Of a stretch of 64,000 bases of DNA, positions 1 through 10,530 are shown piece after piece. Every line of letters begins with the position of its first letter. Positions within the stretch are counted from its first letter, which is position 1. This DNA is from Methanothrix sp. (GTDB lineage Archaea; Halobacteriota; Methanosarcinia; Methanotrichales; Methanotrichaceae), in the NCBI GenBank assembly GCA_963682135.1, contig OY821645.1, forward strand, positions 576,001 through 640,000, given 5' to 3'. The notes under the pieces were generated by a model. It saw only the letters and a list, made by a program, of their open reading frames with translations. It did not search any database and was not told where the DNA came from. Position numbers and translations under genes: made by a program.

Positions 1-86
1 AGTTTCTCTTTTCGGCTCGTATCTCCCGGCCAGCAGGGTAACATATTTACATTAAAGAAGCCAATAAATTATCGAGGTGTCCTCAG

Positions 87-818
87 ATGAAATGGACGGT
101 TTTAATTATAGCATTAATGATCATGTTTTGTACCAATGCATTTGGACAGATGAACCCGTATTCCAGTAACGCAGCTGGCGGCGCACCCACACCCATTGCG
201 CCCAGCAGCGCAGAATCTCTGGGTCTGCAAGCGCCAACGGATGTCGCCGGGACCCAGCAAGCCCCAAGCGCGCAGGAGAGCACGCAAACTCTGATGAGCG
301 CAAGCCAGGATGCTGCTTATGCCTCTGCACCTGCCGCATCAATGGCCACCACGACCAATGCGGTCTATAACCAGATGATTGTTCCCACAGGAGGCTTTGC
401 GCCCAACAATCTCTATATCTCCTATGCACCGCGAACCGTCGCAAGCTGCAATCTCTATGGCAATTTGCCTTTATGGATGCAGACCACGGGAAGAGGCAAT
501 ATATGGTTTTATGAATGGTATCCGAGCGGCATGCTTGATACTCAGTATGCCGGATATGTCAATTATCCGGGCTGGTTTAAGAGATGGTTCTTTGCCGATA
601 CTCCGGGCTGGCACGTTCTCCAGTACTATTGCGGCGGCTGGAGCAATTATGCTTACATTTATGTCTCCGGCCAAAGTGGTTACTGGGTCAATCCAAACCC
701 GGATCGCAATCCTGTGCCATATCCGTACCCCAACTGGGACAGCCCTATAACCTACACATATCCACCCACCGGCCATACCTACTACTCCTATAAATGGACC
801 TCATCTTCCGGGATCTGA
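87..818 (+). CDS. Secreted hypothetical protein with a lineage-expanded aromatic-rich domain
   Basis: N-terminal signal peptide, Ala/Ser/Thr/Gln-rich linker, C-terminal domain (FYEWYPSG...FFADTPGWH...SNY) resembling those at 21256 and 41545. Confidence 0.8.
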   Translation: MKWTVLIIALMIMFCTNAFGQMNPYSSNAAGGAPTPIAPSSAESLGLQAPTDVAGTQQAPSAQESTQTLMSASQDAAYASAPAASMATTTNAVYNQMIVPTGGFAPNNLYISYAPRTVASCNLYGNLPLWMQTTGRGNIWFYEWYPSGMLDTQYAGYVNYPGWFKRWFFADTPGWHVLQYYCGGWSNYAYIYVSGQSGYWVNPNPDRNPVPYPYPNWDSPITYTYPPTGHTYYSYKWTSSSGI

Positions 819-880
819 TAGCGGAGAGTAAAATTAACCGGAAAAAAAAGAGCTTAGCTGGCAAAAACCATTGATAATCG

Positions 881-912
881 TCCCCTGCCGGGCAGGGGAT
901 GAGAATCTTTTT
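881..912. terminator. GC hairpin plus T-tract between convergent genes
   Basis: tcccctgcc-g-ggcagggga inverted repeat followed by tcttttt. Confidence 0.4.
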
Positions 913-947
913 CGATACCCCTGTCCAGTGCTACGAAAATTTTGGAT

Positions 948-1157
948 TTAATCGATGGCTATCATCACATGGCTGGCCTTTATTACTGCATAAACCTCCT
1001 TTCCTTCTGAGAGCTCCAGATCTTGCGCTGAGGCTCGAGTTATAGTCGAGACTACTTCCTCGCCTCCGGGTAGCAGAACAGTCACTTCCGTATTCACAGG
1101 CCCATTCACCAATCTCTTTACTTTTCCTTTCAGGATATTTCTGGCACTGACCTTCAT
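948..1157 (-). CDS. TOBE/Mop molybdate-binding protein
   Basis: MKVSARNILKGKV...STITRASAQDLEL.EG..VYAVIKASHV is the Mop consensus. Confidence 0.9.
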   Translation of the reverse strand: MKVSARNILKGKVKRLVNGPVNTEVTVLLPGGEEVVSTITRASAQDLELSEGKEVYAVIKASHVMIAID

Positions 1158-1253
1158 AATTCTCACCTCTAAACTTCAACAAGTAGGTATTCTGGCGATG
1201 TTCATATTATCCTTTGCGCTCTGGGATACATCGAAAAAAAGATACACCCGTTG

Positions 1254-1937
1254 CTACAACTGCTCTTCATGGCAGGAGGGGGCACCTGTCACCAAAAGGC
1301 CGAGCAGTCTCTTTACATCTTCGCGAAAATCATCAAGGTTGCCGTCATTTCTCAGCTTAATGTCGGCGACTTTCATTGCCTCGCACATTCCCCATCCCAT
1401 CTCCCGGCATTCCCTCTGTTCGAGAGCTGCGGCTGCCTGGCGGTTCGGCTCTTTGCAGTGGAGAATGATCTTTGGATCAATATCGTTCTCCTTGCCATGG
1501 GCAGACATATTCTTGCCATCGTTTGTCTGGCTCTTGCCCGGATCATCAGGTCGCCCGCGGGCTGCCAGCCATTTCAGCCTTGCTTGCGCCGGTGCACAGA
1601 CTTCAACCAGGTGAAATTCATCGGCATGAGAGCGAAAGAAGTCCGCCTCTTCCCGAGAGCGCAGACCGTCTATCACTACTAGATCCTTTCCAGTAGCCAG
1701 TGCCATCTCAAAAGCCTTTTTAGCCACAGCGTCCGGGCCTTGTGCGGCTCGCAAGGCATTGCCGATGCGGCCTAAATTCTGGTCGGTAGGCTCCAGACCC
1801 TGCTTAGCCGCTTCCTGGCGTATCACGTCTCCCATGACCACAACCGCAATACCCAGAAGCCTGGCAATCTGAGAGGCTTCCCCCTTGCCTGAGCCGGGCA
1901 GACCCACAAAACCGATGATCTTCATATTATTCATCAA
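1254..1937 (-). CDS. Archaeal P-loop kinase of the dephospho-CoA kinase-like UPF0200 family
   Basis: GLPGSGKG Walker A, MGDVIR, VIDGLRS, RGRPDD. Confidence 0.8.
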   Translation of the reverse strand: MMNNMKIIGFVGLPGSGKGEASQIARLLGIAVVVMGDVIRQEAAKQGLEPTDQNLGRIGNALRAAQGPDAVAKKAFEMALATGKDLVVIDGLRSREEADFFRSHADEFHLVEVCAPAQARLKWLAARGRPDDPGKSQTNDGKNMSAHGKENDIDPKIILHCKEPNRQAAAALEQRECREMGWGMCEAMKVADIKLRNDGNLDDFREDVKRLLGLLVTGAPSCHEEQL

Positions 1938-1964
1938 TCGCTGCCATATTGCACATCTGATTAT

Positions 1965-2804
1965 CTAGTTTTTCCAGAGTTTATTGGGTGTGGCTCGAAT
2001 GCGAACCTGGAGTTTTGTCCCGCCATCGATCTCGCAAGCCCTGGCCATCTCCTGCAGAGCTTCCATCGAGACCGGTTCAAATCTGGTCTCTCCCTCGCGC
2101 GGCATTCCCTGTTGCAGTATCATGCTCTCCAATCGATTATCCGGATATTGCGCCTTCAGGCGACAGAGCGTTTCGGCAATATCCACCAACTGGGAAATGG
2201 TTGGCATATCTGGAAAGATGGTGCAGCGTACGTCCAGCGCCACGCCTAATTTAAAGCAGATCGCCAGGCTTTCGGCCACACGTGCCGCGTTGCCGGCTCT
2301 GCCTGTAGCCTTTTCGTAATCCGGCTCCAAAAGAGCCGTTTTGAGATCGAGAAATACCTTATCCACCAGCCCTTTTGCCAGCAGGTTTTCCAGACCTCCG
2401 GGAAAACAGCCCGAGGTCTCCAGGCCCGTGGCCAGTTCCAGGCTCCTGGCCAGCCGAAAGAGCCGGCTGATGGCCTCGACCTGGAGGAGCGGCTCGCCTC
2501 CGGATAAGACAAGGGCATTGACAAATGGCTTGCTGCTTGCCCTTTGTGATGCATCTTCAAGGTTGATCTGCAGAGAATGCTCGTCCAGAGTTCCGGCCCA
2601 GGGGGCCGTAGGAAAGCCCTTGACCTCAGAGACAATGCGAGACGAGATCAGATGAAGCGAAACCAGACGTTCTCCGGTTTGCAGCACCTGGTTGTGGCAA
2701 TGAGGGCAGCGCAATGGGCAGCCTCGCAAAAAAACCACCATAGCGGCGCGTCCCAGCCAGTCCACTGTGGAAAGAGGAACAATCCCCCCGAAGTTTACCT
2801 TCAT
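1965..2804 (-). CDS. nrdG: Anaerobic ribonucleoside-triphosphate reductase activating radical SAM protein
   Basis: STVDW.G, GCPLRCPHCHN CxxxCxxC motif, SGGEPL. Confidence 0.8.
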   Translation of the reverse strand: MKVNFGGIVPLSTVDWLGRAAMVVFLRGCPLRCPHCHNQVLQTGERLVSLHLISSRIVSEVKGFPTAPWAGTLDEHSLQINLEDASQRASSKPFVNALVLSGGEPLLQVEAISRLFRLARSLELATGLETSGCFPGGLENLLAKGLVDKVFLDLKTALLEPDYEKATGRAGNAARVAESLAICFKLGVALDVRCTIFPDMPTISQLVDIAETLCRLKAQYPDNRLESMILQQGMPREGETRFEPVSMEALQEMARACEIDGGTKLQVRIRATPNKLWKN

Positions 2805-4078
2805 CTCCTTCCTGAGGATAGATCGAGCTTTATCGGCTTTCCGGCAATCCTGGTCAACCTCTCTGCCAGTTCTAACTCGTCTGACGCGGCCTTTTCCTCT
2901 AATGAAGTCAAATCTTTTTTGGCTTTTTCCAGTGCCGCCTCCAGGCTCTTTTTGCTCTTTCTGGCCAGGCTCATCTCTTCCTTCAGACGCTGGCCATCGC
3001 GGCTTATCTCTTTTATTGCAGACTCTTTCTCCCTGATCTCTCCATCGATCGCCTGCAGCCTGGCCCGAACATCTTCCAGCGCCCTTCTCTTTATGAGCTG
3101 GTCGATATGATCGAGAACCTTCTCCTTCTTTTTGTCCTTCAAACCCAAAGTTGCCAAATGACTTTGCAGTTCCTTTAGAGATCCGGCGATGTCTTTATCC
3201 TGGACGGCGGAGGGTGAGACAGAGAGCTGCTCAAAGACGTTTTTATGCTGCAGATTGATTCTATCGCTTGATCCTTGCTTCATCATTCTGGCCAATGCCT
3301 TGTTCAGAGGTGCAATAAGATCATGAAGCTCAACCTCGGCCTGAGATTTTTCTTCCTTCTTCTTCTCCAGGGTGCTCTTCAGCTCCAGCGTTCTTTTTCC
3401 TTCATCGCTAGCCTCCAGACTCTTAGCCTCCTCTTCCAGGCTCGACAATTGGGACGACAAATCCGAGAGCTTTGCTTTGTCCTGCATCGTTCTCTCTGAG
3501 AGATCGTCGATGCTTGATAGCTCTTCTTTCAGCCTTTCGGCAATCTCTTTGGAGTACCAGCTCTCCTCTTGCATCTTTCTCCTCTTGCCAATCACCTGCT
3601 CCAGATCCACCAGGAGGCGGCTTATCTTTGTCAGGTCGGAATTGATGCTCTCAATGTTCCTGGGAAAGAGGGCTGCGACATACTTCTGTGCTCTGCCGAA
3701 GGTGGTAACAGTTCTCTCCAATCCTTTGACAAGCGTCCAATGATGCTGAAATACGGAATCCAAATCATTTTTCTTGGGAGACACCAGCTTTGAAGAGAGC
3801 GTTTCCAGCTGCTTTACGACCTCACCCCGTGCTGCCAGGCCCGCCCGCAGAAGCTTGGGAGGAGTAGCGTCATCAAAGCTTGCCGATTCCAGTGCCGATA
3901 TGTCTTTAGAGAGCGTCTTTCCCGCATCATCCATGCGGCCATAGATCTCTTTGCAGGCAATGGCAAAATCAGATTCCTTTGCTCTCTCTTCCAGCCAGAA
4001 ATCAGTTTTTGATAGCTGCAGGATGGCCGGCTCTTCATTGGCCGACTTTTTCCCAAAAATCTCTTTGAGCCACTTCAA
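2801..4078 (-). CDS. Coiled-coil hypothetical protein
   Basis: 425-aa E/K/L-rich ORF overlapping both neighbours by 4 bp (operon-like). Confidence 0.75.
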   Translation of the reverse strand: MKWLKEIFGKKSANEEPAILQLSKTDFWLEERAKESDFAIACKEIYGRMDDAGKTLSKDISALESASFDDATPPKLLRAGLAARGEVVKQLETLSSKLVSPKKNDLDSVFQHHWTLVKGLERTVTTFGRAQKYVAALFPRNIESINSDLTKISRLLVDLEQVIGKRRKMQEESWYSKEIAERLKEELSSIDDLSERTMQDKAKLSDLSSQLSSLEEEAKSLEASDEGKRTLELKSTLEKKKEEKSQAEVELHDLIAPLNKALARMMKQGSSDRINLQHKNVFEQLSVSPSAVQDKDIAGSLKELQSHLATLGLKDKKKEKVLDHIDQLIKRRALEDVRARLQAIDGEIREKESAIKEISRDGQRLKEEMSLARKSKKSLEAALEKAKKDLTSLEEKAASDELELAERLTRIAGKPIKLDLSSGRR

Positions 4079-6243
4079 GGCTGTATCTCCTCTATTTTCT
4101 CTTTTTTTATCTGAGAGATGACTTTCTCGACAATCTTGGGGCCGAGGAGGCGGACAAGTTCTGCCTGATCGGCTGCTAACAGCTTTTCTATGCTGGTTAT
4201 GCCGGACAAATGGAGCTTTCTGGCCCGGACGCGGCCTATTCCCTTCAGATTTAGCAGAGCAAGAAGATCCTGGCCGGCACCGTAGTGAATGCGCTCTGCC
4301 AGTTGCTCTGTTTTGAAGGTTATGCCCAATTCAAGATGCTTGGACAGCTCGGCTATGGAGTGCATGAGCCACTCTGCCGTCTCAGCCGAGCGGCGAATGT
4401 CTCCCGGTCCGATGCGATATCTGCTGGCAATCTGCTCCTCATGAACCTCGCCGATCCAGTCCATGAGCATGGCAGTTGTTTTAGCCTCGCGGAGCAGAAA
4501 GTCATAGTTGTCCTCGTCAAATAGCTCTAGCTGGTGCTGATCGATGAACTCCTCCACCCATACGTCTGCCGCCTGGATATAGAGCAGATTCATATCAGGA
4601 GTCATAGTAATGAGATGAATGAGGCCGAGGTCCGAGGGCCTTCTCTGCGCGGCCCGGTCCGTTTCTAAGGCATCCTTTAGGCCGGCATGATCCATCTTTT
4701 TCCGTTTCCCCAGGTTTTCCAGCATGATAACGGCGCTCAGTGGATCGATGTAGAGCTTGGAGACCAGAGAGCCGAGTCTGGTGGGCTGCAGACTGCCATC
4801 ATCGCTCTCCTGTATCATGCCGTTATCCTTCAAAAAGGCAAGAACCTTTTCGAGTGTCACATCCAGATGCCAGGGGTCCTGCTGCTGGGCATAGAATGTG
4901 GTGGCGATGAAAGCCTTTAGCTCCGGCTCATTTCTGGCAAAACAGGCGGCGAATGTGGAGAGGAGATGAGTCCTTAGAGCGCTCTCGCTGGCCAGCTTCG
5001 ACCAGATCTCTTCCGGATCGCCGTGAATGTAGTGCTCCATGAGATCCTGCATCTCAGAAGCGCTCTTGGCCATGAGAAATGATTCGCCATGAGGATCAAG
5101 CCCCGGTCTTCCTGCCCGCCCGGCCATCTGGCGGTACTCGATTACGGAAATGGGCGCCATTCCCCTGCCATACTCATATCTCTTGTAGCTCTTGATGAGC
5201 ACTCTTCTGGCCGGCAGATTAAGGCCCGCGGCCAGGGTGGGAGTGCTGGCTATGATCTTGATGTGGTTGTCCCGAAAGCCCTGCTCCACCAGTTGCCTCT
5301 GCTCTGAGAGGAGGCCGGCGTGGTGGAAGGCAACGCCGCGAGATACGCAGGAGGCGAGACGAACTGCGGTTTCGCTCTCCCCTGTCGCCAGAATGCCCGC
5401 CGAAAGACTCTTTGTGGCGGCATCTTCTGGGATCAGGCCGCAGAGCTTGAGGGCCGCAGCTTCGGCGTTCTTGCGGGAGTTCTCGAAGATCAGGATCTGG
5501 GCGGACTGGGAGAGGGTATCCTTGACCAGAGCCAGGGCCTCGTCCTTCATAGCCTGCAAAGGGATTTGCCCATCATCGAATACTAGTTTTCCACTACAAA
5601 TGATGCCTTCACGCAGTTGAATGGGGCGCCAGTCGCTGCTTACCATCTCCGCCTTCAGCCATTGGGCTATCTCCCGGCCATTGGCCACGGTGGCGGATAG
5701 GCCAATGACCTGCAAATTGGGATTGCAGTGTCGCAGCTTGGTGATGGTCATCTCCAGAGTGGGGCCGCGACCCACGTCGCTAAGCAGGTGTATCTCATCG
5801 ACTACCAGAACGGCCAGGTCCTGCACCCAGGAGGCACCGTTTCTCATTAAAGAGTCGGCCTTCTCTGAGGTTGCGATTATTATCTGATTCTTGCCCAGGC
5901 GTTCGTCTCTCTTGTCAAAGTCGCCGGTGCTGATGCCCACAGAGACCCCCAGGGCCCTGAACTTTTTAAATGAATCGTACTTTTCCGTGGCCAGGGCGCG
6001 CAAAGGAACGATGTAGAGTGAGCGGAGACCATGCAGAGCGGCTTTGAGCATGGCCAGCTCCGCCAGCAGGGTCTTGCCGGAAGCGGTAGGCATAGCCAGT
6101 AGCATGCTCTTGCCCTCGAGAAGGCCCCTCTCCAGAGCCTCGGCCTGAGGCGGATAGAGCTCTTTAAAACCGCGGTCCTCGTAATGCTTGACTGCCTCCA
6201 AAGAAAGCCATGAGGCAAGGTCCTTTATCTCCAGCATCTGCAT
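4075..6243 (-). CDS. hel308: Ski2-like DNA helicase Hel308
   Basis: PTASGKT, DEIH, LSAT, FHHAGL, QMAGRAGRP and C-terminal HhH GIGRVRAR. Confidence 0.93.
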   Translation of the reverse strand: MQMLEIKDLASWLSLEAVKHYEDRGFKELYPPQAEALERGLLEGKSMLLAMPTASGKTLLAELAMLKAALHGLRSLYIVPLRALATEKYDSFKKFRALGVSVGISTGDFDKRDERLGKNQIIIATSEKADSLMRNGASWVQDLAVLVVDEIHLLSDVGRGPTLEMTITKLRHCNPNLQVIGLSATVANGREIAQWLKAEMVSSDWRPIQLREGIICSGKLVFDDGQIPLQAMKDEALALVKDTLSQSAQILIFENSRKNAEAAALKLCGLIPEDAATKSLSAGILATGESETAVRLASCVSRGVAFHHAGLLSEQRQLVEQGFRDNHIKIIASTPTLAAGLNLPARRVLIKSYKRYEYGRGMAPISVIEYRQMAGRAGRPGLDPHGESFLMAKSASEMQDLMEHYIHGDPEEIWSKLASESALRTHLLSTFAACFARNEPELKAFIATTFYAQQQDPWHLDVTLEKVLAFLKDNGMIQESDDGSLQPTRLGSLVSKLYIDPLSAVIMLENLGKRKKMDHAGLKDALETDRAAQRRPSDLGLIHLITMTPDMNLLYIQAADVWVEEFIDQHQLELFDEDNYDFLLREAKTTAMLMDWIGEVHEEQIASRYRIGPGDIRRSAETAEWLMHSIAELSKHLELGITFKTEQLAERIHYGAGQDLLALLNLKGIGRVRARKLHLSGITSIEKLLAADQAELVRLLGPKIVEKVISQIKKEKIEEIQP

Positions 6244-6368
6244 CTCCAGAATACAAATCTCAAAGCATATTCTCCCCAGGTTCCTCTAATCTTAAATACT
6301 ACGTGAAAGTAGTACCTGCCAGATAGTAGTCACAATCATATAAATGCATCATCCATGGAGAGAAACTA

Positions 6369-7520
6369 ATGTATGCCGATCGGATAAAAAATCTCCCGCC
6401 ATACCTCTTTGCAGCCATTGATAAAGCAAAGCAGGAAGCCAGAGCAAGAGGCGTGGATGTAATTGACTTGAGCGTGGGCGACCCCGATTTGCCGACGCCG
6501 GAGCACATTATCAAGGCTCTGAATGAGGCGGCCAGCGATCCGTCCAATCACCAGTATCCCTCCTACGAGGGCAAGCTGGCCTTCCGCAAGGCTGTGGCAG
6601 ACTGGTACAAGCGGACATTTGATGTCAACCTGGACCCGGCAACTGAGGTGCTGACCTTGATCGGCTCCAAGGAGGGAATTGCTCACGCGCCCCTGGCATT
6701 CATCAATCCAGGGGACGCTGCCCTGGTGCCTGATCCTGCTTATCCGGTCTATCGCACAGCCACACTCTTCGCTGGGGGCGAGCCGGTGATCATGCCGCTT
6801 CTTCGAGAGAATAAATTCCTGCCTGACCTGGAGGCCATAGCTCCCGCTGATGCCCGCCGGGCCAAGATCATGTTTCTCAACTACCCCAACAATCCCATCG
6901 GCGCATCCGCGGATAGGAGCTTCTTCAAGAAGGTAATCGACTTCGCCAAAGACTACAATATCATTGTCATGCACGATAATCCCTACTCTGAGACCTACTA
7001 TGATGAAGAGCGGTCGCTATCCATTCTGGAGATGGAAGGAAGCAGGGATGTGGCGGTGGAGTTTCATTCGCTCTCAAAGACATACAACATGACCGGCTGG
7101 AGGATCGGGTCGGTCGTCGGCAATGCCGGTGTGGTAGCCGGCATCGGCAAGATCAAGAGCAACATCGACTCGGGAACTTTCGGAGCGGTTCAGGATGCGG
7201 GAATTGTGGCCCTGAGCAGCCCGAAGAAGGTAGTCGACGACATCAGGAAGGTCTACCAGCACCGCATTGAGATTCTCTACAAAGCCTTGCGGGATCTGGG
7301 GTTGCAGCTGGAAAAGCCGCGCGCCACACTCTACCTCTGGGCCTGGGTAGGTGGAAGCTCTATCGAATATGCTGGAAGGCTTCTGGAGAAGACGGGCATT
7401 GTGGCCACGCCTGGTGTGGGCTTCGGCCAGTATGGCGAGGGCTATGTCAGGTTCTCCATCACTCAACCCACCAAGCGGATAGAAGAGGCAGTGGTGCGGC
7501 TGGAAAAAATGGGCAAATGA
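6369..7520 (+). CDS. dapL: LL-diaminopimelate aminotransferase
   Basis: PPYLFA, GSKEGIAH, NYPNNP, SLSKTYNMTGWRIG PLP site. Confidence 0.85.
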   Translation: MYADRIKNLPPYLFAAIDKAKQEARARGVDVIDLSVGDPDLPTPEHIIKALNEAASDPSNHQYPSYEGKLAFRKAVADWYKRTFDVNLDPATEVLTLIGSKEGIAHAPLAFINPGDAALVPDPAYPVYRTATLFAGGEPVIMPLLRENKFLPDLEAIAPADARRAKIMFLNYPNNPIGASADRSFFKKVIDFAKDYNIIVMHDNPYSETYYDEERSLSILEMEGSRDVAVEFHSLSKTYNMTGWRIGSVVGNAGVVAGIGKIKSNIDSGTFGAVQDAGIVALSSPKKVVDDIRKVYQHRIEILYKALRDLGLQLEKPRATLYLWAWVGGSSIEYAGRLLEKTGIVATPGVGFGQYGEGYVRFSITQPTKRIEEAVVRLEKMGK

Positions 7521-7658
7521 GGATTGGATTCCTCATATCTATGCTCTTTGCGCATTAATGTCTTTGTGACCTGTGAGGAATCGCTGACCGAGCGCTCAAT
7601 CACAAACGCTCACCACAAAGACACAAAGATTATACATATATTCCGGAGGGAATTCAAG

Positions 7659-10511
7659 TTGTTGGAAAATTATTCGGCTAAGGAGATCGAGGCCAAGTGG
7701 CAGAAGACCTGGGAGGACAAAGCGGTCTTCCAGCCCGAGCCCGACTCCAGAACGAAGTTTTTTTTAACCATACCTTATCCTTATCTCAATGGAAATTTGC
7801 ATGCCGGGCATACGCGCACCTTTACGATTGGCGATGCTGTGGCGCGGTTCATGCGCATGCAGGGCAAGAATGTTCTCTTTCCCATGGCCTTTCATGCCAC
7901 GGGAACGCCCATCGTGGGCCTCAGCGAGCTTATCGCCAAGCGCGACCCGATGATCTGGGATGTTTACACCAAGCTGCACGGCATTCCTGAGGCGGAGCTC
8001 TCGGAATTGAATACGCCGGAGAAGATTGTGCTCTACTTCCGCAGGGAAGCGAAGCGGGCCATGCAGTCCATCGGCTACTCCATCGATTGGAGGCGGGAGT
8101 TCACCACCACCGATCCGGCTTACAGCAAGTTCATCGAGTGGCAGTACGGCATCCTGCGCCGCCTGGACTACGTGGTCAAGGGAAGCCATCCGGTGCGCTG
8201 GTGTCCGCATGATCGTAACCCTGTGGAGGATCACGACATTCTCAAGGGTGAAGACGCCACCATAATGGACTTCTCTCTGATCAAATTCCGCATGGGTGAC
8301 AAAATCCTGCCCTGCGCCACACTGCGCCCGGAGACGGTCTTTGGAGTGGTCAACCTCTGGCTAAATCCAGATGTCAATTATGTTCTGGCCAAAGTGAACG
8401 ACGAGACCTGGGTGGTATCCAGGGAGTCTTATGAAAAGCTGACCTTCACCGATCGCACCGTGGCCTTGGCCGGGGAGATCTCGGGAAAGGAGCTGATCGG
8501 CAAAAGGGTCACCAACCCCCTCACCGGTACCGAGGTTCTCGTGCTGCCCGCAGCGTTCGTAGACCCGGACAACGGCTCGGGAATCGTCATGTCCGTTCCA
8601 GCTCATGCGCCTTACGATTATCTGGCGCTCAAGGATCTCTACGGCAAGGACCTGAGCAATTACGGCATCACTGAGGACCTGAGAAATATCAAGTTCATAT
8701 CCCTCATCGAGTCGCCCGGTTATGGAGAGATGCCGGCGGTGGAAGCGGTAAATGAGCTTAAAGTCAAAGACCAGAATGATCCTAAAGCGGAAGATGCCAC
8801 CAAGATGGTCTATCGGCGCGAGTTTCACAACGGCGTTCTCAAGGCCAACACCGGCAAGTATGCGGGAACAGCGGTCAGCAAGATCAAGGACATTCTGCTG
8901 GCCGACTTAATCGAGCAGGGCATAGCCGAGATCTTCTATGAGTTTTCTGAGACGCCGGTCATCTGCCGGTGCGGCACGCGCTGCGTGATCATGATGGTGC
9001 GGGACCAGTGGTTCCTGGAGTACTCGGACCCGGAGTGGAAGGCCAATGTGATGCGCTGCCTGGCAGGCATGAAGATCATACCCGAGGAGTTTCGGGTGGA
9101 GTTCATCAACAAGGTGGACTGGCTCAAGGACAAGGCCTGCGCCCGCAGGAAGGGCCTGGGAACTCACCTGCCCTGGGACAAGGAGTGGCTCATTGAGTCG
9201 CTGGGCGACTCGACGATCTACATGGCCTACTACATCCTGGCCAAGTATGTGAACGCCGGGATGAAGATTGACAGCTTGCCGCCCGAGTTCTTCGAGTACA
9301 TCTTCATGAACAACGGCGACGCCACCGGCATAGCCGCTCTCACCGGCATCCCCCAAGAGACCGTGCAGCAGATTCACGACGATTTCGCCTACTGGTATCC
9401 GGTGGATCTGCGCACCTCTGGAAAGGACCTGGTGGCCAATCACCTGCTCTTCTTCCTCTACCATCATGTGGCCATCTTCCCGGAGAGGCTCTGGCCGCGG
9501 GCGATCGCGGTCAACGGCTTCGTCTCCCTGGAGGGGAAGAAGATGTCCAAGTCCAAGGGGCCGATTCTGACCCTGCGCCAGGCTGTGGCCGAAAACGGGG
9601 CTGATGTGACCAGGCTCTACATTTTGGGCAATGCGGAAGGAACGGCGGATGTGGATTGGAGAAACGATGCCGTGCAGACCGCTTATGCTCAACTGGAGAG
9701 GTTCTACAATCTGGCCCGAGAGATTTTGGCTGACAGCAGCATTGATGAGGCCGCTGAGAAGACGCTCATCGACCGCTGGATGCTCTCCCGGCTGCAGCGG
9801 CGCATCGCTGAGGCAACGGAGGCCCTAGAGGCCATCCAGACCCGGCGGGCTTTGCAGAGCGCCTTTTACCTGCTCTTCAACGATCTGCGCTGGTATCAGC
9901 GCCGGGGCGGCAAAAATCAACTTCGGGCAGTGCTCAGCGCCTGGGTGAGGATGATGGCGCCCTTTACGCCCCACGTTTGCGAGGAGATCTGGTGCTCCGG
10001 TCTGGGCGAGGGATACGCCTCGCTGGCGGCCTGGCCGGTGGCCGATGCCTCTCTCATCGACGAGAAGGCGGAGAAGGCGGAGGACCTCTTGGAACGCACT
10101 CTCAAGGACGTGCAGGAGATTGTGAGCGTAACCAAAGCCACGCCGGGGAAGATCACGCTCTACACTGCTCCTGCCTGGAAGAAGGAGATGCTGCGCCTGG
10201 CCGTAGCCGCTGCGCAGGGCGGCAAGCTGGACATGGGAGCGCTTATGAAGCAAGCCATGGCATCGCCGGAAATTGCGCCCTTCAAGAAGGATGCGCCCAA
10301 GTATGCCCAAAAGCTGGCCAAGGCGGCGCACTCGCTCTCGGCTGAGGCGCTGGGCCTTGACGAGTTCGAAACCCTGCAAAAGGAGAAAGCCTACCTGGCA
10401 ACAGCCTTCGGAGTGCCGGTGGAGGTCCGCTCAGCGGACGAGGCGGGAGAGGACCCCAAGGGCAAGAGCAAACAGGCGGAACCGGGGAGGCCGGCGATTT
10501 ATATTGAGTGA
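7659..10511 (+). CDS. leuS: Leucine--tRNA ligase, archaeal type
   Basis: PYPYLNGNLHAGH, TLRPET, KMSKSKG, C-terminal PGRPAIYIE; probable TTG start after GGAGGG. Confidence 0.95.
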   Translation: MLENYSAKEIEAKWQKTWEDKAVFQPEPDSRTKFFLTIPYPYLNGNLHAGHTRTFTIGDAVARFMRMQGKNVLFPMAFHATGTPIVGLSELIAKRDPMIWDVYTKLHGIPEAELSELNTPEKIVLYFRREAKRAMQSIGYSIDWRREFTTTDPAYSKFIEWQYGILRRLDYVVKGSHPVRWCPHDRNPVEDHDILKGEDATIMDFSLIKFRMGDKILPCATLRPETVFGVVNLWLNPDVNYVLAKVNDETWVVSRESYEKLTFTDRTVALAGEISGKELIGKRVTNPLTGTEVLVLPAAFVDPDNGSGIVMSVPAHAPYDYLALKDLYGKDLSNYGITEDLRNIKFISLIESPGYGEMPAVEAVNELKVKDQNDPKAEDATKMVYRREFHNGVLKANTGKYAGTAVSKIKDILLADLIEQGIAEIFYEFSETPVICRCGTRCVIMMVRDQWFLEYSDPEWKANVMRCLAGMKIIPEEFRVEFINKVDWLKDKACARRKGLGTHLPWDKEWLIESLGDSTIYMAYYILAKYVNAGMKIDSLPPEFFEYIFMNNGDATGIAALTGIPQETVQQIHDDFAYWYPVDLRTSGKDLVANHLLFFLYHHVAIFPERLWPRAIAVNGFVSLEGKKMSKSKGPILTLRQAVAENGADVTRLYILGNAEGTADVDWRNDAVQTAYAQLERFYNLAREILADSSIDEAAEKTLIDRWMLSRLQRRIAEATEALEAIQTRRALQSAFYLLFNDLRWYQRRGGKNQLRAVLSAWVRMMAPFTPHVCEEIWCSGLGEGYASLAAWPVADASLIDEKAEKAEDLLERTLKDVQEIVSVTKATPGKITLYTAPAWKKEMLRLAVAAAQGGKLDMGALMKQAMASPEIAPFKKDAPKYAQKLAKAAHSLSAEALGLDEFETLQKEKAYLATAFGVPVEVRSADEAGEDPKGKSKQAEPGRPAIYIE

Positions 10512-10530
10512 AGCCTCCTCTTTACTCTTT

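Noticed and set aside
7524-7658. N-terminal extension of LeuRS in the ORF track
   Set aside because: LeuRS similarity and an RBS-like GGAGGG point to a start near 7659
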